A stretch of DNA of 22,500 bases from Malacoraja senta (lineage: Eukaryota), in NCBI GenBank assembly GCA_038087875.1, contig JAXLNO010000239.1:186001-208500 (forward strand), in the 5' to 3' direction. Position numbers and translations under genes: made by a program. The notes beneath the pieces were generated by a model. The model was not told where the DNA came from. It was given only the letters and a program-made list of their open reading frames with translations, and did no database searches. Below are positions 9,181-19,327 of this stretch, piece after piece; within the stretch, counting starts at the first letter, position 1, and every line of letters starts with the position of its first letter.

Positions 9181-10452
9181 TATCTGATAATGGATAAATT
9201 GAAGTCATTTTACAGAAATTGATCTTATCTCAAATGCTTCAGCAAACTCACTATACTGACCCTCAATATAAAATATTGGATCATGAGATTTAGATCTGAA
9301 TTTGCAATCATCATTTTCTGATTAAATCATTTTTTTAATGTTTAGCTCTCAAAGATAACTTTTCATCTCATGGTTGCTTTAATTAATCACAGTAAGCAAC
9401 CTATTGAACATATCCTGAGGCATCAGTATAACAAGTTTAGAACTCAATAGGTTAATTAACTCATTACAAACCAACTGTCAAAATAATGGAAGTACTTATG
9501 GAAAACCACATGTGTTCATTCAGTTTTAAGACCTTCAATGACCTTTGCTGCAATTGAATGCAGGTTGATGTACCCCCATGTCTAATTACCCACAGACACT
9601 CATTAACAGGCACGCACATGAAATTGGTTATTGCTGCCACAACTCAAAGAGGTGAAGCTATCCATGGAATTGTATTATCCCAGGGACAAGCGCAAGAAAT
9701 GGCAAAAATTAAGAATAATATTGGAAAGGGAAGATTTCCAGAGATTAATTTGCAAATAGGAACAAATTAGATGGCCACTCGGGTTTAAAATGGCTGTTTT
9801 GAATATGGTCTTAAAACTGCTTTATTCATAATAGAGATAAACAATTGAGCCTTTCCATATTTCACCAAATGTTATTGAAACCAAATATAATTCTCAATGA
9901 CTTACATTGAAACCATGCGAGATTCTCATTTCCCTGAATCTATCTATTGGCAGGAGATAAGGTCAAACAAGCAAAACGTTAATGTAAATGACCTCATCCA
10001 CATCATAGAATATACGTGCCACGATTCAGGCTGTCACACAACAACCCTTAGATCGTTTCATCAGTGTAACAATGTGGCAAAGCAAACATTAGGAAGGAAA
10101 TGTTCAATTACAAATGTTCACAGATTCTGATTTCAGTTTAACTTTGCAGCTTTTCTTTGCAAATGCACTGGTCGTACATAGTCAAACGTACTTCCCATAG
10201 ATACGGAAGTATCAAGCGTCATTACAGGATAAATGAAAATTTTATAGTGCATCAAAGCACATGTTACAAGGCTACAATAACGTATTTGTTCTCTCACCCA
10301 CAATTTGAATGGAGGAGAAGTTCTTTGCTTTACTATTCAGGAGAATAGAGGACTGCTCGTATATTTTATGAAAGTTGTTTGGACTTCCTTGTTGCCATTC
10401 TCTTGCAATGTAATGCAGTGTTATATTGCCCATCATAATAACTAAAACAATT

Positions 10453-11181
10453 GGAGTCATGGAGTCAAAGAGTGATACAGTGTGGAAGCAGGCCCTTCGG
10501 CCCAACTTGCCCACACCGGCCAACATGTCCCAGTTACACTAGTCCCACCTGCCCGCGTTTGGTCCATATCCCTCCAAATCTGTCATATCCATGTACCTAT
10601 CTAACTGTTTCTTAATGTTGGGATAGTTCCTGCCTCAACTTCCTCCTCTGGCAGCTTGTTCCATACACCCACCAACTTTTGTGTAAAAAAGTTACCCTTC
10701 AAATTCCTATGAAATCTTTTCCCCTTCAACTTAAACCTATGTCCTCTGGTCCTCGATTCACCTACTCTGGGCAAGGGACTCTGTGCATCTTCCCGATCTA
10801 TTCCTCTCATGATTAAATATATCTATAAGACACATCTATAAGATCAGCCCGCATCCCCCTGCACTGCAAGGAATAGAGTTCTAGCCTACTCATCCTCTTC
10901 CTATACCTCAGACCCGAAAGTCCTGGAAACTTCCTCGTAAATCTTCTCTGTACACTTTCCAGCTTGACAACATCTTTCCTATAACATGGTGCCCAGAACT
11001 GAACACAATACTCTAATCAGTCTGAAGAAGGGTCTCGGCCCAAAACGTCACCCATTCCTTCTCTCCAAAGATGCTGCTGACCCGCTGAGTTACTCCAGTA
11101 TTTTGTGTCTACCTTCGATTTAAACCAGCATCTGCAGTTCTTTCCTACACAATACTCTAAATGCAGCCTCACCAACGTCTT
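10453..11181 (-). mobile_element. CR1/HER1 LINE 3' fragment, interrupted by a Penelope terminal insertion
   Basis: MRGIDR…ESRTRGHRFKLKGKRF…NFFTQKLVGVWNKLPEEEVEAG and LEYCVQFWAP, typical CR1 ORF2 C-terminus. 3' tail with gactc-type repeats. Confidence 0.92.
11017..11146 (+). mobile_element. Solo Penelope-like terminal (pLTR) insertion, ~130 bp, with target-site duplication
   Basis: Flanked by acacaatactctaa at 11003-11016 and 11147-11160. Sequence matches the 3' termini of the Penelope-like copies at 534-670 and 15625-15757. Confidence 0.9.
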
Positions 11182-12035
11182 TCTAGGTAATTGATATTAC
11201 CTGGAAATTCCTTCACCTAACAAGTGTTTTAAGAGCTCTTTTTAAGAGCTAATCAAGTTAGTTATTGCATTAAAAAGTGCACCCCCTACAAAAGCTGTCA
11301 TAACACCTTTTGTATAATGAGAAATTATTCCACACATTTACATGGGTGTGACAGTCTCATGTATAGAATCCTTGGGGAGCCCTTAGCAGAAATCAATGCT
11401 CAGTTTGAGAGCTTGCTATAAAATTGTTTTCCATTACCACAGAGCACATAATACTCAGAGAACAGCTGGCCTCAATAGCCAGAGAAGTGAATCAATTACT
11501 TGCAGGTTTGTCAGGGAATAATTTGCTGCTGACCTGCCTGCTGCCAGTTACAAAAGCCTGCAGAGGTGCAGACACTTGGGAATTTAGACAATATTTCAGA
11601 GGTAAATACTATCAACAAAGATTGTTGACCAGTTTGCTGGTGGCCAGTGGCAGCAGGCATGGCCAAGAAGGTAAAGTCACCTTGACAAAAAAACCTGCAG
11701 AAGGAGAGGAAGATCTTTATCCAGAAGTGATATTCCCTCAGGAATCTGCAGGGAGCATACACTTAACTCCATCTTCCTGAAGAGTAACGTATCCAGAGCC
11801 AGACCTTCCCTTCATCACCAGTGAAATAGATCTCTGCGTGAGATGGTAGAATATTAAGCCATTCCTGGGTTGTTCTAACTGCAGAAGAGTAGCCATTGTC
11901 ACCCTAACTCTCTCACCTACTAAATTCTGAACTGCAAACTACTTTGGTTGCAGTAAAAACTTCGGGCTTTGTTTTGCAATTTGTACTACATTGTTTTTTT
12001 TATTTATTGAACTTTTCTATTGTTTTTTATTATAT

Positions 12036-13869
12036 TGTGGATAAATATGAGGTTATCCACTTTGGTGGCAAAAAACACGAAGAAAGATTATTATCTAAAT
12101 TGTGTCAAGTTGGGAAAAGGGGAAGTACAATGGGATCTGGGGTTTCTTGTTATTCAGTCAATGAAAGTAAGCATGCAGGTACAGCAGGCAGTGAAGAAAG
12201 CGAATGGTGTGTTGGCCTTCATAACAAGAGGAGTTGAGTATAGGAGCAAAGAGGTCCTCCTGCAGTTGTACAAGGCCCTAGTGAGACCACACCTGGAGTA
12301 TTGTGTGCAGTTTTGGTCTCCAAATTTGAGGAAGGTCATTCTTGCTATTGAGGGAGTGCAGCGTAGGTTCACGAGGTTAATTCCCGGGATGGCGGGACTG
12401 TCATATGCTGAGAGAGTGGAGCGGCTGGGCTTGAATACTCTGGAATTTAGGATGAGAGGGCCTCTTATTGAAACATATAAGATTATTCAGGGTTTGGACA
12501 CGCTAGAGGCAGGAAACATGTTCCCGATGTTGGGGGAGTCCAAAACCAGGGCCACAGTTTAAGAATAAGGGGTAAGCCATTTAGAACAGAGATGAGGAAA
12601 CACTTTTTCACACAGAGAGTTGTGAGTCTGTGGAATTCAATGCCTCAGAGAGCGGTGGAGGCCAGTACTCTGGATACTTTCAAGAGAGAGGTAGATAGGG
12701 CTCTTAAAGATAGTGGAATCAGGGGATATGGGGAGAAGACAGGAACGGGGTACTGATTGGGGATGATCAGACATAATAATAATAATAATGAATTTTATTT
12801 ATGGACACCTTACAGAGATTTATAGAAAACATATAATCAGAATTTAAAAAAATAAGTTATAAAGACCAATACACAAATCAGGGACAGAATTCCTTCCAAA
12901 AACACAAAAAAGAAAATCAGAAGCACAATTTGAGGAGAGAGCAGCGGCAACGAAACCGCGCCAGCGTCCACTCTCCCCTCCGACCTCCATCTTGAACACA
13001 GACCAACAAATACAATTACAAACAATTACATACAAAAATCATCCCCCCACAGTGATTTCCACTGTGGGGGAAGGCACAATGTCCAGTCCCCAGCCCCAGT
13101 TCACCCAAACAGTCAGGCCAAATGAAGCCCCCGCTATTGCCTCTACGGAGGCCCGATGATCCTGGCCGTTCTCGCCGGGTGATGTAGCCCCGGCGTCGGG
13201 AGAGTCCTCCAGCAGCTGGGCCACCTGGAACGGCCGCATTCCTCACCGGAGGCCGCAACTACCACTGGAACGGCCGATTTCCCGCAGGCGTCCGCAGCAC
13301 CTGAAGCCGACAAGGCCGCGCCGATTTGGAGCTCAAGGCTCCCGGTGTTGGAGTCGGCGCCGCCGCCCGCTCCACAGTCCCGCAGCCCGGAGGTGTTGAG
13401 CTCGACGGTCCAGCTCACCGGAGCTCCAGCGCGTCGGTCCAGCGCGGCAACCCAGGCAAGGCATCGCCCGCTCCGCTGCACAGTAGCGCTCCAGCACCGT
13501 GCCGCCACCGAAGCTGAGGGTGCTGTGCGGCCCCCGTCGGGAAATGCCACTCCACGCCGCTCCACGCCCGCTGGTAGGCCGCGAGGACGGGTCGACTGGG
13601 CAGCCGGAGAGAAGGCTGCCTCACTGACCAGGTAGGGACCGGGAAGTGATTTCCCCTTGTTCCCCCCCACATCAAAAGGCAAAATAAATAAAAAACAAAG
13701 ACTTAAAGAAAACTAAAAACTTGGTAAAAAAGTACAATTAACGGACGGCTGCTGTTTTGCAGCCGTTCCTCAAGATGGCTCCTCCTACCTGATCACGTTG
13801 AATGGCGGTGCTGGCTTGAAGGGCCGAATGGCCTACTCCTGCACCTATTGTCTATTGTCTATTGTCTAT
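12036..13869 (+). mobile_element. CR1 LINE, 5'-truncated (pieces 12036-12771 and 13790-13869), (TATTGTC)n tail
   Basis: DLG…QAVKKANGVLAFITRGVEYRSKEVLLQLYKALVRPHLEYCVQFWSP…IEGVQRRFTRLIPG. The 3' UTR resumes at tgatcacgttgaatggcggtgctgg…gaagggccgaatggcc. Confidence 0.93.
12772..13789 (-). mobile_element. Unclassified CpG-rich ~1 kb non-coding retroposon with AATAAA and (TAT)n tail
   Basis: Interrupts the CR1 3' UTR at gatgatcag|…|tgatcac. Minus strand ends aataaaattc(att)n. GC/CpG-rich core at ~13140-13645 with no recognisable protein domain. Confidence 0.75.
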
Positions 13870-14342
13870 CGACTGAGTACAATCTACTGTTGTGCTGCTG
13901 CAAGTCAAAATGTCATTGTTCCATTTCGGGACATATGACAATAAAATATTCTTCACTTTTGACTCGTGAATCTTGATCATCCCAGACCATCAATCGTTCC
14001 AGGTGCTAGAGGCACCTCTGCTCCATTTTGCTGTTTACTGTGAAATCGTGCTTCAGATGTGTCAGTGATGCACTCTAACCAAGGGAATGTCAACTTTTTT
14101 CTCGCATGTAGATGCATCAGTTGTCATGGACACAGTGATTTGCTAAGTTTGAGGATTATCTGAAGGTTCAACAAGTGAATGCCAACATTCATGTGCATGG
14201 TGCTTAGTCCACCCTGCGAAATGTCTGGAAGTCCATGAAACAGCAGAAAATCCTGATCGTGAAAGGCATGTATCCAGGAGTTTCACACAATTCTTTCAAC
14301 TTTCGACAGTCCACAACACTTGTTTTACAGCGGGCATGTAGT

Positions 14343-14657
14343 GGGCGGCACGATGGCGCAGCGGTAGAGTTGCTGCATTACAACGCATGCAGCACCGGAG
14401 ACCCGGGTTCGATCCCAACTATGGGCGCTGTCTGTATGGAGTCTGTACGTTCTCCCCATGACGGCGTGTGTTTTCTCCAAGATCTTTGGTTTCCTCCCAC
14501 ACTCCAAAGATGTACAGGTATGTAGGAAAATTGGCTTGGTGTAAGTGTAAATTGTCCGTAGTGTGTGTACTGTAAGATAGTATAAATGTGCAAGGGTTGC
14601 TGGACGGTGCGGAGTCGGTGGACTGAAGTGCCTGTTTCCACGTTGTATCTCTAAACT
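14343..14657 (+). mobile_element. HE1-like tRNA-derived V-SINE
   Basis: A box tggcgcagcgg, B box ggttcgatccc, V-domain ggtttcctcccacactccaaaga, HER1-like tail cctgtttccacgttgtatctctaaact. Confidence 0.92.
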
Positions 14658-15103
14658 ACGACAATCAGCTGGATCATGTGGGATAAGAGCTATTCCCTCC
14701 ATCCTTTGCATTTCACCCCAAACTGTACTCCCTGTCCTAATCATCAGAATTAGAATCACGGGTTGACTATGAGTGAAAGGAGAGTGGGAATGGTGACCTG
14801 AAGATATGATTCCTGGGCTCAGATGAAGCTGGGAGAACCCTATTGCAATTACCAGAGAGTCACAAGCTCTGTTCATGCTTTGCAAGCTTATCTGCCACAG
14901 CAGAAGAATGTGGAAAAGTAAGATGGAAGTAAACAGCAATGTTTTTTTCTCTGACTGAGGGTTCAGGGTAAGATTTAGTTGAGGATTCCATTTCACCAAC
15001 TTGTGCATCCAAACAATTAAACAATCTCCTGCCCTACATTGCCAAGCCTGTCTAATTGTTGGAAATTCTAAGTACCCAGCTCAGTACTATATTAGGTCAG
15101 AAG

Positions 15104-15198
15104 ATCATAAGACATGGGAGCAGAATGAGGACATTCGGCCCATCGAGTCTGCTCTGCCATTCATGGCTGAGCTATTTTCCCCCTCAACCCCATTCTCT
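15104..15198 (-). mobile_element. CR1 3' tail fragment
   Basis: cataagacatgggagcagaatgaggacattcggcccatcgagtctgctctgccattcatggctga. Confidence 0.75.
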
Positions 15199-15470
15199 AG
15201 TGTCCATCAGAGGCCATTGGCTGCCAGTGAAAGTCAAGACAGGTCTTCTCAAGACATCATCATGACTGTTGACCATTACCCTTTAGAAAAGGATCATTAA
15301 CATCACTTATGATCACAAGAGAGCATTAAACAGGCACTGGCTGCATGGTTCTGCCGATAAATACTGAAGGCTTTCATGCAATAATGCTGTAGTTTATGAT
15401 CTGCCAGTAATGAGGTTCATGTCTGGTTTCTGGCCAAAGTTCTATTATTTGAATATGGCATTGAAATAAT

Positions 15471-15513
15471 GTATCTATCTATCTATAAAGGAATCTATCT
15501 ATCGATCTATCTA
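15471..15513. repeat. Imperfect (ATCT)n microsatellite
   Basis: tatctatctatatctat…atctatctatcgatctatcta. Confidence 0.6.
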
Positions 15514-15624
15514 CAAGCTTCCAGTCACAATGAATGAAACCAAATATATGAAAACAACCCTTACCACAGGTAAATACAGGAACAGGCTGCCTTCATGAGT
15601 GCTCGCCCAACTACAACAAACAAT

Positions 15625-16958
15625 ATGTAAGAAGGAACTGCAGATGCTGGTTTAAACCAAAGATAGACACAAAAAGCTGGAGTAACTCAGTGGGACAGGC
15701 AGCATCTCTGGAGAGAAGGAATGGATGACGTTTCAGGTCAAGACCCTTCTTCAGACTGGTTAGGGATAAGGGAAACAAGAGATATAGACGGTGATGTGGA
15801 GAGATAAACAACAATGAATGAAAGATATGCAAAAAAGTAACGATGATAAAGGAAACACCCTAAGTTGTTTGTAGGGTGAAAATGAGAAGCTAGTGTGACT
15901 TGGGTGGGGGAGGGATAGAGAGAGAGGAAATGCTGGGGCTACCTGAAGTGAGAGAAATGAACATTCATACCATTGGGCTGTAAGCTGCCCAAGCGAAATA
16001 TGTGATGCTGATCCTTCAATTTGCATTTAGCCTCACTCTGACAATGGAGGAGACCGAGGACAGAAAGGTCTGTGTAGGAATGGGAAAGAGAAACAAAGTG
16101 TTCAGTAACCAGGAGAACATGTTGGTTCACGCAGGCTGAGCGAAGGTGTTCCGTGAACCGATCGCCCAGTCTGCGTTTGGTCTCGCCGATGTATAAGAGT
16201 CCACATCTTGAACAACGGATACAGTAGATGAGGTTGGAGGAGGTGCAAGTGAACCTCTGCCTAACCTGAAAGGACTGTCTGGATCCCTGGACAGAGTCGA
16301 GGGAGTAGGTATAGCGACAGTTGTTGCATCTTCTGCGATTGCCTGGGGAGGGGGTTGTTTGGGCGGGAAGGGATGAGTTAACCAGGGAGTTGTGGAGGGA
16401 GCGATCGCTGCGGAAGGTGGGAAGGGGTGGAGATGGGAAAATGTAGCTAGTGGTGGGATCCCGTTGGAGGTGGCGGAAATTTCGGAAAATTATGTATTGT
16501 ATGCGATGGCTAATGGAGTGGAAGGTAAGGACTAGGGGTACTCTGTCTTGTAGGAAGAGGGGGAGCAAGGGCAGAGCTGCGGGGTACCAAGGAGACACGA
16601 GTGAAGGCCTCATCTATGATGGGACAGGGGAACCCCTTTCCCTAAAGAATGAGGACTTCTTGGATGTTCTAGTAAGGAACACCTCATCTTGGGCGCAGAT
16701 GTGGCGTAGACAGAGGAATTGGGAGTAGGAGATAGAGTTTTTGCAGGAACCATGGTGCGAAGAAGTGTAGTCAAGATAGTTGTGGTAGTCAGTGGGTTTG
16801 CAATAGACATCAATTAATAGTCTATTTCCTGTGATGGAGACTGTGAGACCAAGAAAGGGGAAGGGAGTGTCGGAGAAGGTCCAAGTAAATTTGAGTGCAG
16901 GATGAAAATTGGTGGTGAAGTTGATGAACTCCATGAGTTCTGCATGGGTGCAGGAGGT
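15625..16958 (-). mobile_element. Penelope-like element (probably Neptune group), 5'-truncated: RT C-terminus, Cys-rich linker, GIY-YIG endonuclease, 3' pLTR
   Basis: FINF…FHPALKFT…PFL…VYCKPTD..NYLDYTSSH…QFLCLRHIC; NRRRCNNC linker; FTCTSSNLIYCIRCSRCGLLYIGETKRRL..RF.EH (GIY-YIG). Frameshift near 16613. Confidence 0.93.
15722..15758 (-). ncRNA. Minimal type I hammerhead ribozyme motif in the Penelope-like 3' terminus
   Basis: Minus strand: cagu CUGAAGA a GGGU cuug ACCU GAAAC GUC auc. Intact core, loopless palindromic stem III (ACGU), very short stem I. Confidence 0.65.
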
Positions 16959-16959
16959 A

Positions 16960-17216
16960 GTACAACCCTAATCCAACTTGGGCAACAGTACACTAAGCAC
17001 CACCTCTTTAAAACGAATACTGTCATGAACGTTTTCAATTGTATTTTGCACTAATGTCTTTTGTACAGTCTTTCTTTTCACTGTTTTGTCAAATTTATGT
17101 GCAATTTATGTTTTGTGTGCTGTCTGTGTCTATGTGCCTGTGATATCGCTGCTCACAACATTTTCTTTACAGCACCACACCTGTGCATATGACAACAAAC
17201 TTGACATGGATTGACT
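16960..17216 (+). mobile_element. Rex1-like LINE 3' UTR remnant
   Basis: T-rich UTR ending gcctgtgat…gctgct…catatgacaacaaacttgac…ttgact, similar to 13870-13965. Confidence 0.55.
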
Positions 17217-17224
17217 GTCTCCCT

Positions 17225-17366
17225 TCTTCTTCTTGCGTATGGCGTGCACAGCCTAAAGTTGTTGATCAAGTGGCATGAAAAACGATATCTATTTGTTTGT
17301 GCACGACGGGCTGATTGCATTAGTCGAAACAGGGTGGACCACGTGAACGTTGCAATCTCCCACCCC
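17225..17366 (-). mobile_element. 142-bp short retroposon with 5' HDV-like ribozyme and (AAG)n tail, 11-bp TSD
   Basis: actgtctccct is duplicated at 17214-17224 and 17367-17377. Minus strand ends gcaagaagaaga. No tRNA-derived head. Confidence 0.9.
17313..17366 (-). ncRNA. Minimal HDV-like (CPEB3-like) self-cleaving ribozyme, 54 nt
   Basis: P1 GGGGUGG/CCACCCU (G1·U wobble), J1/2 GA, P2 GAUUGCA/UGCAAUC, P3 ACG/GGU (one mismatch), L3 UUCACGU, P1.1 C-G, P4 reduced to U-UUCG-A, J4/2 CUAA with the catalytic-position C at 17323. Confidence 0.85.
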
Positions 17367-17745
17367 ACTGTCTCCCTGTCCTTTATCCAATACTAACCTC
17401 TCAATGGTCCCTCCAGCACATAGAAGTGGGAGCAAAGAAATGAGTCATCAGCTTCACATGATTTAAAAGTAAAATGCAAATGTTCAAATGAATAACATGA
17501 AAACAAAAACATCATTATGCAAATGTTAATTGGAATGCTTCATAATCATAACCATAAGCATTCAGATGTTAATAGTTTAACGCTGGGTCATATGAGGCTG
17601 GGTGCAGCTCACCCACAGCCCGAGCTAGCCCAAAGTCAGAGTACTGTTTGCACCTGTTCCCATCTCTACAGCCTTGAGATTTCCATTCTGCAGCCATCCC
17701 ATAGCACTGAACAAACTACATAAGAGAAAAGCTGGTGATTCGTAC

Positions 17746-18040
17746 TTTGTTTCATTTAGAGATACAGGATAGAAACAGGCCCTTCAGCGCACCAAGTACA
17801 CACTAACCATTGATCACCTGTTCACACTAGTTCTATGATATCCCACCCTCACATCCATTCTTCACACATGAGGGGCAATTTACAGCGGCCAAACAACCTA
17901 CAAACCTGCACGTCTTTTAGATGTGGATGCAAACCGGAGCACCCAGAGGAAACCTACGAGGTCAGGAAGGTGGCCAGGATCGAACCCGGGTCTCTGGTGA
18001 GGTGAGGAAGTAGTTTTACCAGCTGCACCATTGTGCCTCC
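17746..18040 (-). mobile_element. HE1-like V-SINE with an internal deletion
   Basis: B box (reverse complement of ggatcgaacc). Body matches 20533-20854 but lacks the segment between ggtca and the B box. Confidence 0.88.
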
Positions 18041-19012
18041 GAAATCTTGTTCTCAATTATATTTTGGCATGAAGTGCGTGAGAAGAAGCCACACATCAAC
18101 AGGCAGATATAGGTTACCTACACATCACCACTCTATGGAATGCATAACTTTTAAACCATAGAACATTTATGGATTCACTGAAGTAAATTTAAGGCAACGA
18201 AAGCACTAAAGTTAAATTTTAGTGAATTTATTTTATTATTTAATTCAAAGGATTTATGCTTTGCAGCCAGATTATATAACACAACATTGAAACTGATCCT
18301 TTTTTATGTTTGGTGATATTTGGCTTGTTTATCTTTGTGCTTAACTGCAGATAAATAATAATTTCACAGAGCAAGCTGTTGGATCATTTAATTCATATTG
18401 TTACAACAAAAAGGAGGTTTGCTGCAAGAAAAAAATAAATTATTTTACCGATTTCCACGAAAGAATGTCTTGGCAAGTATCTCATTATCCTGGTCATGCT
18501 CCAGTGTGTAAGATGACAAATCAGCTGTGAAAAGTGCTGGGACTTGCAAAAAGCTTATCGAGCTCCCTCATATTTTGTTTTCTAAGAATTATTGGATTAA
18601 TATAATCACACTATTTGAAATAAGTCGTGTCAAAACTGTAATTTAGACACAATTTCTGTGCTTGGGAATGCAATATAAGATTTATGTTAACTTTGTTTTC
18701 AAACTAATAATTGAAAATGTGCAGAAATCTATCTAAATTCAGCCCCTTGAGGTTTACACGTTGATGTTCTATATCCTTACCATAGGCCCTTTCTTTACAT
18801 ACCTGAAACACTAAGCGATGAAAATGAGTCACAAGAGCTGAACAGATGTGAACACAGTCGTAAGCAAAACAGGACTTTGTGAAGCTGCATAAGTGTCTGT
18901 TCATCTGAGAATTAGAGAGTGGCTATGGCATAGGAAGAGGCCATGCAGCCCATCAGTCTGTGTCAGCTCTATAAGTTCTCTGCAGTTTTGCAAATTTTCC
19001 TAAATCTCTTTT

Positions 19013-19327
19013 GGGTGGCACAGTGGTGCAGTAGTAGAGTTGCTGCCTTACAGTTCCAGAGACCCGGATTTGATCCTGACCACAGGTGCCGACTATATGG
19101 AGTTTATACGTTCTCCATGTGACTGCGTGGGTTTTCTCTGAGTGCTCCGGTTTCCTCTCACACTCCAAAGACGTGCAGGTTTGTAGGCTTATTGGTTTTG
19201 TAAAAATTGTAAATTGTCCCTAATGTGTAGGATTGTGTTAGCGTACGGGGTGATCGCTGGTCGGCATGGACTCAGTGGGTCAAAGGGCCTGTTTCCACGC
19301 TGTCCCTCTAAAGTCTAAAGTCTCAAG
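19013..19327 (+). mobile_element. HE1-like tRNA-derived V-SINE
   Basis: gggtggcacagtggtgcagtagtagagttgctgcc head, V-domain, aagggcctgtttccacgctgt and (TCTAAAG)n tail. Confidence 0.92.

Larger units (their letters stand above)
11943..13965 (+). mobile_element. Rex1-like LINE 3' UTR remnant split by CR1 (pieces ~11943-12035 and ~13870-13965)
   Basis: The downstream piece ends gctgctgcaag…catatgacaataaaa…ttgact, like the ends at 17150-17216 and the Rex1 gacaataaag at 6306-6315. The upstream T-rich piece is assigned less securely. Confidence 0.5.

Noticed and set aside
13572..13600. Second HDV-like ribozyme suggested by ccg-TCCTCG-cgg on the minus strand
   Set aside because: I could not build a convincing P1, P1.1 or P2/J4/2, and it is not at the element 5' end.
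13143..13682. Overlapping Ala/Gly/Arg/Pro-rich ORFs
   Set aside because: Expected from high GC content; present on both strands with no domain motifs.
14343..14420. tRNA gene (A and B boxes)
   Set aside because: It is the tRNA-derived head of a V-SINE, continuing into the SINE body.
14325..15008. 227-aa minus-strand ORF
   Set aside because: Non-ATG start, half is antisense SINE, and no recognisable domain.
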